From positions 1 to 32,410 of the forward strand of contig JAVVTM010000001.1 of assembly GCA_036653655.1 (NCBI GenBank): a stretch of 32,410 nucleotides of DNA, in the 5' to 3' direction. The stretch comes from Clostridia bacterium. Its GTDB lineage: Bacteria > Bacillota > Clostridia > Christensenellales > UBA3700. How positions within the stretch are numbered: position 1 is the first letter of the stretch; each line of letters starts with the position of its first letter. Under the pieces are notes generated by a model, which had not been told where the DNA came from, did no database searches, and was given only the letters and a program-made list of their open reading frames with translations. Below, in pieces: positions 9,628 through 18,240 of this stretch. The position numbers and the translations under genes are program-made.

Positions 9628-11090
9628 AATGCGCAGTTTTTCACTCCCTCATCTTGTAAAAGCGCCTTTAAACATTCCATATCGTTAAAAGGTATTTCTT
9701 TGCCGTTTTCAATAATACTTGTTTCTGCGCCTTTGCCAGCAATAACAACATAATCGCCTGTTTTTGCAATATTTATGGCATAGTTTATTGCGTCTTCTCT
9801 TTTTTCGCAAATTTTAACAACGCTTTTATTTTTAATGCCCAAAACAATTTCTTCAATAATTTTTATTGGTGTTTCGCCCCTAGAATTATCTTTTGTAACA
9901 ATGATATAATCGCTAAATTTTTCTGCAATTTCGCCCATAATAACTCTTTTTTTTGCATCTCTATTGCCACCGCAACCAAACACGGTAATTAAATGTTTTG
10001 GCTTTAGCTTTTTAATTTCTTGCAACAATTTTTCCAAGCCGTCTGGCGTGTGCGCAAAATCGACAACATAATTAACACCGCAGTAATTTAGCGTGTTAAA
10101 TCTGCCGGGCACTGCTTTAATAGTCTTTATCGCATCAGCAATTGCGCTTAAATTTAGCCCAATTTTTTTGCAAGCGATTGTTGCGCAAATAATGTTGTAA
10201 ATGTTAAATCTTCCTTGCAAATTACTTTCTATTTTACAAATATCATCACACATATTAAACAAAAAACCAATGTTTTTGCTTGGCTCAATATCCATTGCAA
10301 AAGCGTTAGCCGGGTTGTCAATGCCGTATGTCAAAAAAGGTATTTGTATTTGTTTTGTAAGCTCACGCCCACAATCATCATCAACATTTAGTATTGCAAA
10401 TTTTGTGTTGTGCTTGTTAAAAAAAGACATTTTAGTTTTTTTGTATTTTTCCATTGTGCCAAAAAAATCCAAATGATCTTGCGAAAAGTTTGTAAATATT
10501 GTCATATCGCTAACAATGCCTGCAACTTTGCTGTAATATATTGCGTGTGCGCTAACCTCCATAATAACCACCTCAACCCCGTTTAACTTCATTTTGTGCA
10601 ACAATTCATACAGCGTTAAAGGGTCGGGCGTGGTCAAAACAGAGTTAGAGGAAATATCGTTAATTTCGTACTTAATTGTGCCAATCAAGCCTGTTTTAAA
10701 TTTATTTATTTTTAAAATTTCGTTAATTAAATATGCCGTAGTAGATTTTCCGTTTGTGCCTACAACGCTAATAACTTTCATATTTTGCGTTGGGTTTTGA
10801 TAAAAGTTTTTTGCAAGCAATGCCAAAACATATCTAGTATCGGCAACTCTAATTGTGGTAATGTCATCGTAACTTTTGAAAATTTTATCTTGCGTTACAA
10901 TGCAACTTGCGCCATTTTCAATAGCTTCTAAAACAAAATCGTTTCCGTTATATTTGCCACCTTGCAAACACACAAAAACATCCCCTTTTTGCGCCTGTCT
11001 ACTGTCGCAACAAATGTTGTTAATTTGCTTATCCATAGCGCCGTTTATAAACAAAGTTTTAACTCCTAAAAACAAGTTTTCAAGTAACAT
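9624..11090 (-). CDS. murE: UDP-N-acetylmuramoyl-tripeptide synthetase MurE
   Basis: Mur ligase P-loop VVGTNGKSTT plus the C-terminal GCGGNRD and DNSR motifs. The ATG at 11090 is preferred over the TTG at 11102, because that TTG is part of a GGAGG SD (TTGGAGGCTATTATG). Confidence 0.88.
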   Translation of the reverse strand: MLLENLFLGVKTLFINGAMDKQINNICCDSRQAQKGDVFVCLQGGKYNGNDFVLEAIENGASCIVTQDKIFKSYDDITTIRVADTRYVLALLAKNFYQNPTQNMKVISVVGTNGKSTTAYLINEILKINKFKTGLIGTIKYEINDISSNSVLTTPDPLTLYELLHKMKLNGVEVVIMEVSAHAIYYSKVAGIVSDMTIFTNFSQDHLDFFGTMEKYKKTKMSFFNKHNTKFAILNVDDDCGRELTKQIQIPFLTYGIDNPANAFAMDIEPSKNIGFLFNMCDDICKIESNLQGRFNIYNIICATIACKKIGLNLSAIADAIKTIKAVPGRFNTLNYCGVNYVVDFAHTPDGLEKLLQEIKKLKPKHLITVFGCGGNRDAKKRVIMGEIAEKFSDYIIVTKDNSRGETPIKIIEEIVLGIKNKSVVKICEKREDAINYAINIAKTGDYVVIAGKGAETSIIENGKEIPFNDMECLKALLQDEGVKNCAL

Positions 11091-11234
11091 AATAGCCTCC
11101 AAATAATACTAATTATTTTATTTATTTAGTTAATAGTCAATAGGCAATCAAAGTAAGCCAAAATGATACATTTTACTACAAAAAATTTTGCACAATTTTA
11201 GCTTTTTTCTTCTTAAAGTGTTACCAAAAAATGC

Positions 11235-13127
11235 TTATTCCATACGGAAAAACACTATTGTATTTTTATCAATTTGCGTATTAGGCGCAGGCACTTGGTA
11301 CATTATTTTTCCATTTTCGCCACTAAATTCAAAATTTAACCCCACTTGTTTTAACAATTCTTTAGCTTCTAAATAGCTTTTATCCATCAAATCGGGCATT
11401 GCAACTTGCTCTTGATTTTGCGTCAATTTTGGCAAAATATTTTTGTAGGCAAAGATGTTTTTAAACACGTCTGCAACAAATGGCGCAGCAACAATACTGC
11501 CATAATAAACATATCCTTGCGGTTCATCTACGGTTAACAAAATTACATATTCTGGGTTGTCAACACTGCTAAAACCCAAAAACGAACTAACATATTTGCC
11601 TTGCGCAATATGCCCGTTTTCGTACTTTTGCGCAGTGCCAGTTTTGCCACCAATTGAGTAGCCGTTTACATATGCGTTTTTGCCACCGCCAGAGGTTACA
11701 ACGCCCTCAAGATAACGCCTCAAATCATCGCTAGTTTTTTGGCTAATTATCTGTTTTTTAGCGCTTTCTTTTGCATTAAAAATAATTCTGCCATCTTTAT
11801 CCAACACCTCTTTTACAATGTGCGGTTTTGGCAAAAAACCACCATTAATAGCGCCACTTACGGCGTTAACCAATTGTATTGGAGTAACCGCAATCGCTTG
11901 CCCAAACCCAATGCGCGCAATATCCACAGGCTTAACAATTTTTTCGTTTAGCATTATACCTTTTGCCTCGCCAAGTAAATCAACGCCAGTAATATTGCCT
12001 AGCCCGAATTTATTAAAATATTGATACATTTTTTTAACGCCAACTTTTGTCGCAATATCCATAAAAACGCAGTTGCAACTGTTTTTTATGCCTTCCTCAA
12101 ATGTTTGCGTGCCGTGCCCAATAGTTTTCCAACATTTAATGCGTGTTCCATCAATCATACGATAGCCGGGGCAGTAAAAACGGTGGTTGCTGTCAAAAGC
12201 TTGCTCCTCCATTCCTATTGCAGAAGTTAAAATTTTAAAGGTAGAACCGGGCTCGTAGGCATTAGAAATCATTCCATTTTTTGACATAGTAAAAAGCTCG
12301 CCAACATTTTCTCTTGGGATATTGTTTAAATCAAACGACGGCGCTTGCGCCATTGCTAAAATCTCGCCATTTTTTGGGTTCATAATTAAACATTCAGCGC
12401 CCTTAGCTTTGTATTTGTTGCACACTTCTACAACACACTTTTCTGCAAAAGATTGTATGTAATAATCAATTGTCAAACTAACATTTTGCCCCTCAATGCT
12501 AGGCAAATATTTTGTGGTTTTTCCTTCCAATTCTCTGCCAATCAAATCGGTTTCGGTTAAAATTTTTCCGTTACTTCCCTCTAAAAATTTGTTGTACTGC
12601 TTTTCTATTCCGCACTGTCCAAAACCATCAACATCAGTAAAACCAAGCACTTGCGTTAAAAAATTGCCATAAGGATAAACTCTTTTAAAGTCCTCCGCAA
12701 AATAAACACCGCTATAATCTTTGTTGCAAATTTCTATCAATTGCGTTTTAGTTAAATGCTTTGCAACAGTAATTTCCGAAACGCCTTTCCGCTTAATTTT
12801 TGCAAGCAATGCGTTGTAATCTAAACCACAAACTTTGCTTATAGTTTGCGCAACATTTTCGTGTTGTTTTAACGCAATCGGGCGCACAAATATGGTATAA
12901 GTTGTTGTACAATCCGCCAAAACAACGCCATTGCAATCTAAGATATTTCCTCGCTCGGCAATTAGTGGCAAATCTCGCACCCACTGGCTGGTAGCTTTAA
13001 TTTGTAGTTCTTTTGAGGAGAAAACTTGAATATATATTAGTTTACCCACTAAAGCGCAAAAAATAAAAGTTATCAGCAAAAAAAATGCTAATAACTTTTT
13101 TCTAATTTCATATTGAGTTGTTTTCAA
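11235..13127 (-). CDS. Class B penicillin-binding protein (FtsI/PBP2B/SpoVD-like) with a C-terminal PASTA domain
   Basis: N-terminal TM anchor; transpeptidase motifs STFK, SCN and KTGT; a ~60-aa PASTA-like C-terminal tail. The TTG start is supported by an AAGGAG SD 7 nt upstream. Confidence 0.9.
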   Translation of the reverse strand: MKTTQYEIRKKLLAFFLLITFIFCALVGKLIYIQVFSSKELQIKATSQWVRDLPLIAERGNILDCNGVVLADCTTTYTIFVRPIALKQHENVAQTISKVCGLDYNALLAKIKRKGVSEITVAKHLTKTQLIEICNKDYSGVYFAEDFKRVYPYGNFLTQVLGFTDVDGFGQCGIEKQYNKFLEGSNGKILTETDLIGRELEGKTTKYLPSIEGQNVSLTIDYYIQSFAEKCVVEVCNKYKAKGAECLIMNPKNGEILAMAQAPSFDLNNIPRENVGELFTMSKNGMISNAYEPGSTFKILTSAIGMEEQAFDSNHRFYCPGYRMIDGTRIKCWKTIGHGTQTFEEGIKNSCNCVFMDIATKVGVKKMYQYFNKFGLGNITGVDLLGEAKGIMLNEKIVKPVDIARIGFGQAIAVTPIQLVNAVSGAINGGFLPKPHIVKEVLDKDGRIIFNAKESAKKQIISQKTSDDLRRYLEGVVTSGGGKNAYVNGYSIGGKTGTAQKYENGHIAQGKYVSSFLGFSSVDNPEYVILLTVDEPQGYVYYGSIVAAPFVADVFKNIFAYKNILPKLTQNQEQVAMPDLMDKSYLEAKELLKQVGLNFEFSGENGKIMYQVPAPNTQIDKNTIVFFRME

Positions 13128-13394
13128 TCTTACACTCCTTATTTTGTTTACAAATTTTGTTTACAATCTTTTTGATAATTTCCGTTTGCAAGCGCTAATT
13201 ATTACTGCCGTTGCTTGTTGCTGTTTGGCTTTTTTGATATTATCAAAACCTATTAATTTGTAATTACTCTAAACTTTTTTTGTTTTCTGGAGTGTTTTTT
13301 TGCTTTCGCAATGTATTCTTATTAATCTAAATCTGCCTAATGTAAATTATTTAAATCTTTTTAATCTAATCTAAATTGCCTACATTAAAGCTGT

Positions 13395-14114
13395 TTAGCC
13401 CAAAAGATGTTCCAATTTATCACACATTTCATCAAACCAATTTGTAGATTTTTCTAGTGTGTTTTTTTCGGTAGGTACTGTAACAACTGGCACAACGCCA
13501 CCGCCTGTAACTAAACTGCCCATTGCTTTTTCATCCATTTTTACAGGTGAAGATTGGTCAGCGCCTGCGTTAATATTTAGCCCGGTAAATGCGTTAATTA
13601 TTAACATAGTTGCAATAGCGATAATAATAATTGCGTAAACTGCAATTAGCACTTTGCTTTTGTTTGACAACCCGCCCTTTGTGCTAGGTTTGTTTTTAAC
13701 AACTGGCATTGCGTTTTGTGGCACATAAAAATCAAAATTGCCACCAACAGGGATAGAAGAATAATTTTTAAATTCTCTCCTTTCTTCTGGGTAGTAATTT
13801 TGCCTATTTTCTCTTTGTTGAGGAGCGGCGTAAGGGTTTTGTTGTGCGTGTGAAGGGCGTTCCATCTGTTCTCTATTTCTAGAAACTTCCCTTTCTCTTG
13901 TATACATATCATCTCTTGTTTCACGATTGTTGTGCAAAACACGCTCAAAACGAGGTTCTCTATTTTCAAAACGAGGAGCGTCTTCGTAATATTCTTTACG
14001 ATAATTTTTTGGCGCAGAATTAAGTTTATTCCACAATTCCTCTTTAGAATAATCCTCAGTATTTGCCCTATTTACAGTTTGTTCAACTTCTTTTCTTAAT
14101 TTTAACATATTCAT
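13395..14114 (-). CDS. Hypothetical bitopic membrane protein in the ftsL slot: a ~150-aa R/E/N/Q/Y-rich cytoplasmic region, one TM helix, and a 63-aa ectodomain
   Basis: AAGGAG SD upstream; the ATG at 14108 has better spacing than the one at 14114. One TM segment (VLIAVYAIIIIAIATMLIINAF, aa ~155-176). It sits between rsmH and the PBP gene. No recognisable family motif. Confidence 0.6.
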   Translation of the reverse strand: MNMLKLRKEVEQTVNRANTEDYSKEELWNKLNSAPKNYRKEYYEDAPRFENREPRFERVLHNNRETRDDMYTREREVSRNREQMERPSHAQQNPYAAPQQRENRQNYYPEERREFKNYSSIPVGGNFDFYVPQNAMPVVKNKPSTKGGLSNKSKVLIAVYAIIIIAIATMLIINAFTGLNINAGADQSSPVKMDEKAMGSLVTGGGVVPVVTVPTEKNTLEKSTNWFDEMCDKLEHLLG

Positions 14115-14139
14115 TTCTCCTTCATCTTATGACACATTG

Positions 14140-15072
14140 TCATATTTTTTCTGCCACTCGTAATTTGGCGCTTGCCGACCTGCTGTTGTTTTTTAGTTCT
14201 TCTTCACAAGGTATTATCGGCTTTTTTGTTATGTTTTTTACAATTTGCTTTTTATTACAATTGCAAATTGGTTGTTGCGGAGGACATATACAACTTTTTT
14301 CTAAGTAAGCAAATGTTTGTTTAACTATCCTATCTTCTAATGAGTGAAAAGTGATTATACAAATTCTTCCACCCTTGTTCATTCTATTTGCTAATTGTTC
14401 AATAACGGTGTCCAACCCCGTCAATTCTTTATTAACTTCAATCCTTATCGCTTGGAAGGTACGCTTGCAAGGGTTTCCATTTTTCCACCTCAATTGTGGA
14501 GGAAAACTAAGTTCAACAATTTTTGCAAGCTCTCCCGTTGTTCTAATTGACATTTTATCTCTTGCCTTAACGATGTTGTAAGCAATCTTTCTTGAAAGCC
14601 TTTCTTCGCCGTATTGGTAAATCAAATTTGCCAAATCAATTTCATTGTATTCATTTACAACATTAAACGCTGTTAGATATTGGGTTTGATCCATTCGCAT
14701 ATCAAGTAAAGCATCACCATTATAACTGAATCCTCTGTCTTCGTTGTCAATTTGGTAAGAAGAAACTCCTAAATCCAAAAGGACGCCATCGATTTTATCT
14801 ATATGTAATTTGTCAAGTTGCTCAATAATGTTTTTGAAATCATCGTGAACATATTCAACAACCCCGCCAAATTCTTCTAGCCTTTTTTTTGCTATTTCAA
14901 TTGCCTCGGTATCCTTATCCACCGCAATCAATTTGCCCGTAGTCAACCTTTTTGCAATTTGATAACTGTGTCCGCCACCACCAAGAGTGCCATCAACATA
15001 AATACCATCTTTTTTAATGTTCAAATTTTCTATGCATTCTTCCAACATAACTGGCGTATGTTTAAATTCCAT
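14140..15072 (-). CDS. rsmH: 16S rRNA (cytosine1402-N4)-methyltransferase RsmH (MraW)
   Basis: HTPVML...DGTLGGGGHS SAM-binding motif and LLDLGVSSYQ. The start is set at ATG 15072 (MEFKHTPV), one nt after the mraZ stop. The longer ORF reaching 15138 would overlap mraZ. Confidence 0.93.
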   Translation of the reverse strand: MEFKHTPVMLEECIENLNIKKDGIYVDGTLGGGGHSYQIAKRLTTGKLIAVDKDTEAIEIAKKRLEEFGGVVEYVHDDFKNIIEQLDKLHIDKIDGVLLDLGVSSYQIDNEDRGFSYNGDALLDMRMDQTQYLTAFNVVNEYNEIDLANLIYQYGEERLSRKIAYNIVKARDKMSIRTTGELAKIVELSFPPQLRWKNGNPCKRTFQAIRIEVNKELTGLDTVIEQLANRMNKGGRICIITFHSLEDRIVKQTFAYLEKSCICPPQQPICNCNKKQIVKNITKKPIIPCEEELKNNSRSASAKLRVAEKI

Positions 15073-15073
15073 A

Positions 15074-15493
15074 TTATACCCCGTACTTTGCAAGAGATGC
15101 CATAGTTTCCTCGTAAGACATTTCTTGAGCTTCAGCAAGTTCTTTAGCCCAAACTTCTATATATCTGCCTGCGCCTTTAAAAACAACATCTTTTTCCATA
15201 TGCGCATATTCTCTAAAATCAGCAGGAAAAGTAAATCTACCTTGGTTATCTTCTTCAATTTCAATAAAAGAACTAAGCAAGCTAGTAACAGCTTTTTGCG
15301 CTTCTAAATCAGATTGAGGGATATTTTGCAACTTAGCCTTCAAGCCTTCAATATAATCTTCGGCGTAAATATGCAAGCAATTATTTCTACCTTTTGCAAT
15401 ATAAGGAGTGCCAACAACTTCTACTCTTTGTTTTGCTGGTATTCTTGTTCTGTTTTTTTGGTCTAATTGATGGTTATAAGCACCTATAAACAT
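15074..15493 (-). CDS. mraZ: Transcriptional regulator MraZ
   Basis: MFIGAYNHQLDQKNRTRIPAKQR (first DxxxR-type SpoVT/AbrB-like repeat) plus a second repeat (DNQGRFTFP). It is the first gene of the dcw cluster, with an AGGAGA SD. Confidence 0.9.
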   Translation of the reverse strand: MFIGAYNHQLDQKNRTRIPAKQRVEVVGTPYIAKGRNNCLHIYAEDYIEGLKAKLQNIPQSDLEAQKAVTSLLSSFIEIEEDNQGRFTFPADFREYAHMEKDVVFKGAGRYIEVWAKELAEAQEMSYEETMASLAKYGV

Positions 15494-15529
15494 ATTTATC
15501 TCCTTAGTAATTATATAATATCACAGTTT

Positions 15530-15552
15530 TTGACCACTTGCAACCACTTTTT
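15530..15552 (-). promoter_or_regulatory. Candidate MraZ operator: AAGTGGT direct repeats with a 10-bp period, just upstream of mraZ
   Basis: The minus strand reads AAAAGTGGTTGCAAGTGGTCAAAAACTGT. There are two exact AAGTGGT units separated by 3 nt (plus-strand ACCACTT at 15533-15539 and 15543-15549) and a degenerate third unit, about 40 nt upstream of the mraZ ATG. Confidence 0.4.
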
Positions 15553-15753
15553 TAAAATTTATTGATTTTTTTTGAAAATATTTTCAACATTTGCATAAAA
15601 TTATTCTCCTATATATTAATAATTATAAGTATATATACTTTATCATAACCAAATTATAACAATGTCGCAAAAAAATAAAGTGGTTGTTAATCCCTAAGAT
15701 TTATAAAATTTAACTAAAATTTAACATTAATTAAAAAATAAAAACAAAATTGC

Positions 15754-15787
15754 ACAAAAAAAGTGAGAACGAATTTCGTTTTCACTT
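15754..15787 (-). terminator. Rho-independent terminator downstream of the metallophosphoesterase gene
   Basis: The minus strand has a 13-bp hairpin (AAGTGAAAACGAA/TTCGTTCTCACTT, one G-U pair) followed by TTTTTTTGTGC. Confidence 0.6.
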
Positions 15788-15813
15788 AATATTAATACTA
15801 TTAACCTAATAAT

Positions 15814-15922
15814 ATTGTTAGCTTATTTTTGTTGTCTATCTTGTTTGGGTTATTTAGTTATGTTTGTTGTTTAGCTTGCTTCGGTTATTTAGTTATTTTT
15901 GTTGTTTAACTTGCTTTGGTCT
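15814..15922. repeat. About 35-bp tandem repeat x3 in the 3' UTR of the metallophosphoesterase gene
   Basis: Three adjacent copies of GTTA(T/G)...TTTTTGTTGT(T/C)TA.CTTG(C/T)TT.GG. The motif TGTTAGCTTATT also recurs inside the CDS 3' end (15934-15947). Confidence 0.8.
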
Positions 15923-16615
15923 TTAAAAAATTTCTGTTAGCTTATTATTTACCATATCACAAGAAGTTAAGTAATATTTTATCCCTTTTTTGTCAACAAC
16001 AGATATCGCTCGGCTTTCCTTGCCGTGTAAATGCCCGTAAACAACTTTATCCACCTTAAATTCATCAATAATGTTTGTAAATTCACTATCCGCCAATTTA
16101 ACATCAAACGGAGGAAAATGTGTCATTAAAACAACTTTGTCTTCTGCTTGTCTAACTTTTTGCATTGAATCAAGGGATAATCTCAACCTAATAAGTTCTC
16201 TATTATAAATTTTTATATCGTTTTCCTCACTGCCATTTGTAGGGATTGTCCAACCACGAGTGCCACAAATCAAAAAATTGTCAAAACGCACAAAATTATT
16301 TTGTAATGCAAAAATACCCTCAGGCAAAATTTCACACACCTTGCTATAAGAACTCCACCAATAATCGTGATTGCCTTTAATAATAACTTTTTTGCCCTTT
16401 AAACTAGCAATTTGCGCTAAATCATCCACAACTTGTGGCAAATGCATCGCCCACGAAATATCCCCCGCTATCAAAACAACGTCATCTTCCGCAACCTTAT
16501 TTTGCCAATCGGTTTTAATTTCCTGCCAATAATTTTCCCAATTTCCACCAAAAATATCCATTGGTTTGTTTGTACTATTAGATAAATGCAAATCACTAAT
16601 CGCTAAAATTTTCAT
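15923..16615 (-). CDS. Calcineurin-like metallophosphoesterase
   Basis: MKILAISDLHLS (DxH), AGDISW (GD), GNHDYWW (GNHD/E), and GHLHG near the C-terminus. The start is set at ATG 16615, which has a GAGGT SD. The upstream extension to 16663 lacks support. Confidence 0.8.
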   Translation of the reverse strand: MKILAISDLHLSNSTNKPMDIFGGNWENYWQEIKTDWQNKVAEDDVVLIAGDISWAMHLPQVVDDLAQIASLKGKKVIIKGNHDYWWSSYSKVCEILPEGIFALQNNFVRFDNFLICGTRGWTIPTNGSEENDIKIYNRELIRLRLSLDSMQKVRQAEDKVVLMTHFPPFDVKLADSEFTNIIDEFKVDKVVYGHLHGKESRAISVVDKKGIKYYLTSCDMVNNKLTEIF

Positions 16616-16697
16616 ATCTACCTCACAAATATAATACCACAATTTTGCCGTACAAGCAAACACTTATATCTTAACAACAACTAAATAAAATACAAAA

Positions 16698-16730
16698 GGG
16701 GTAACCAAACGGCTACCCAATTATGTAAAT
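16698..16730 (-). terminator. Possible terminator for the Cys-rich ORF transcript
   Basis: The minus strand has hairpin GGGTAGCC-GTTT-GGTTACCC (one mismatch) followed by CTTTTGTATTTTATTT. It lies ~400 nt downstream of the ORF stop. Confidence 0.35.
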
Positions 16731-16833
16731 TTACATTTTTTAAAAAATTTAAGTTTAAACTTAATAAATATCATTATGCTAATTCATTTTGCACAGCAAC
16801 TTTGTTATGCGCCTTTTACGCAAAAATAAACTT

Positions 16834-16935
16834 TTAACTTTGCGCCACAAACACTCTTTATCTTTTTGCATAGCAATTTATTTTAACTTGCGCATAGCAA
16901 ACGCTCTTTAACTTGCGCATAGCATACATTTTTTA
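16834..16935. repeat. Degenerate ~26-bp tandem repeat, 3-4 copies
   Basis: Units TTAACTTTGCGCCACAAACACTCTTTA, TTAACTTGCGCATAGCAAACGCTCTTTA and ACTTGCGCATAGCATACATTTTTTA. A related 28-bp pair (TTGCTTAAG(C/T)TTTAAGT(T/C)T(G/A)GCAAATT) lies at 16951-16978 and 17103-17130. The second member of that pair abuts the ORF stop. Confidence 0.7.
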
Positions 16936-17127
16936 ACTTTAGTAAAAACATTGCTTAAGCTTTAAGTTTGGCAAATTTTTGATACGCAATAATATCAAAA
17001 GCCAAGTATTATTGTTTTATTTAGGCGCAAAACAAACTTAGCCTATTATTATTTAAGTTAATTTGCCCACTTAACCCTTAGGTTTTTAACAATTTAGTTA
17101 ATTTGCTTAAGTTTTAAGTCTAGCAAA

Positions 17128-17793
17128 TTACTGCCCACAACCAACTTTGTTTGCCTTATCTTTGCATGTTGTTGGGTACAATGGCAAATCAAAAATACCA
17201 TCACAGATTTCTTCAGTATATTCTTGACAAGGTGGAATAAATCCATATCCATATGTAGGAATTAACAACTGAACATCCATAACAACTCTAATAACAATTG
17301 TTACACAAGCCGAAACTGCAAATGTAGTGCCAGTAACCAATTGACCTTCTGGGCAAACAACACTGCTGATTGCTTCAATTTCGTAACTCAAAATTGACGC
17401 TGTTGGCACACAAAGCACCACATCTTTAGGAATAACTAAATTTGCAACGCCAATACCTTTTGTTCCGTGCGCATCTTCAACTACAACTTCAAGTGGGATA
17501 ACAACATTGCAAGCAACCCTTGACAAATCACTGTCTGCAAGTGGAATAACTTTTAAATCGCTAACAGGAGCGCTAGGATACAAGTTTTTCGCGCTGACAA
17601 AACTTAGTGGATTAACAAGTCCTGCTGGGGTAATGTTGGTAACAACAATATTAACTCCTGATAAAGTTTCTTGCTTAATGCAAGCGTCAAAAACTTTTTT
17701 TGTAGTAATGCTAACCTTTTCAACACAACCTAATTGGTTTTGATTTAAAGGGCCGGGCATATTTTCACATTTTGTACTATTTGTAAAAGACAT
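17128..17793 (-). CDS. Hypothetical cysteine-rich (11 Cys in 221 aa), beta-strand-rich protein with no signal peptide or TM segment
   Basis: Consensus GGAGG SD 7 nt upstream of the ATG. Monocistronic, flanked by 464-bp and 576-bp intergenic regions. Cys residues cluster in the N-terminal 40 aa (C9, C23, C38) and the C-terminal 35 aa (C189, C197, C210, C219), around a V/I-rich core. I recognise no family motif. Confidence 0.7.
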   Translation of the reverse strand: MSFTNSTKCENMPGPLNQNQLGCVEKVSITTKKVFDACIKQETLSGVNIVVTNITPAGLVNPLSFVSAKNLYPSAPVSDLKVIPLADSDLSRVACNVVIPLEVVVEDAHGTKGIGVANLVIPKDVVLCVPTASILSYEIEAISSVVCPEGQLVTGTTFAVSACVTIVIRVVMDVQLLIPTYGYGFIPPCQEYTEEICDGIFDLPLYPTTCKDKANKVGCGQ

Positions 17794-17833
17794 CTTTTTA
17801 CCTCCTTTAATTTTGGTTTATACGACCATACAA

Positions 17834-17861
17834 TAATATATGATTGATGTTAAAATAAAGT
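17834..17861 (-). promoter_or_regulatory. Speculative promoter for the Cys-rich ORF (AC-N17-CATATATTA, sigma-K-like pattern)
   Basis: The minus strand has AC at 17861-17860, a 17-nt spacer, then CATATATTA at 17842-17834, about 40 nt upstream of the ATG. This is only a pattern match in AT-rich DNA. Confidence 0.2.
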
Positions 17862-18240
17862 GTAAAAAAAATAGATGCAAATTGCACCTATTGGTTAATC
17901 ATTTATAAAGTTGTTTGTTATTAAAATTAAGAAATTATTATGCCACTGCTTAGCTTTTAAACAATGTAATACTTTCATCTGCCACAAAGTATCTCGCACT
18001 TTTAATAATACAATACTTTTACAAATCGCAACAATTTACAAATTGCAAAGTTGTTTGTTATTATATCTTATTAAGACTATAATCATCATAAACTTGGCAA
18101 AAACTATTCTCAATTAGCTTGGTTTACATAGATATCTATGAAATATAGCTTAATTTATAACACTTTTGACATATTTTATTTAATTTTTTGCGTTTTTTTG
18201 TTTTTAATGTTTTTGCACTTAAGGCTTTATATTGCGTAAC

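Noticed and set aside
9800-9910. The MurE DNSR motif (instead of DNPR), as a hint of unusual position-3 amino-acid specificity in the peptidoglycan stem peptide.
   Set aside because: The Arg associated with meso-DAP recognition is retained. A Pro to Ser change alone is not informative without alignment or structure, so the basis is too weak to report as a finding.
15073-15138. N-terminal extensions suggested by the ORF track for rsmH (to 15138), the metallophosphoesterase (to 16663), murE (to 11102), pyrR (to 29556) and sepF (to 31881).
   Set aside because: In each case a downstream ATG has a properly spaced SD and matches the conserved family N-terminus. The upstream start overlaps the preceding gene or is itself part of the SD (TTGGAGG, ATGGAGG).
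17911-18117. A 68-aa plus-strand ORF (MFVIKIKKLLCHC...) in the long spacer between engB and the Cys-rich ORF.
   Set aside because: It has a TTG start and no SD. Its composition (I/L/K/T/C from A/T-rich codons) looks like chance, and it spans a local 17-bp repeat pair (AAAGTTGTTTGTTATTA at 17908 and 18048). It is most likely non-coding.
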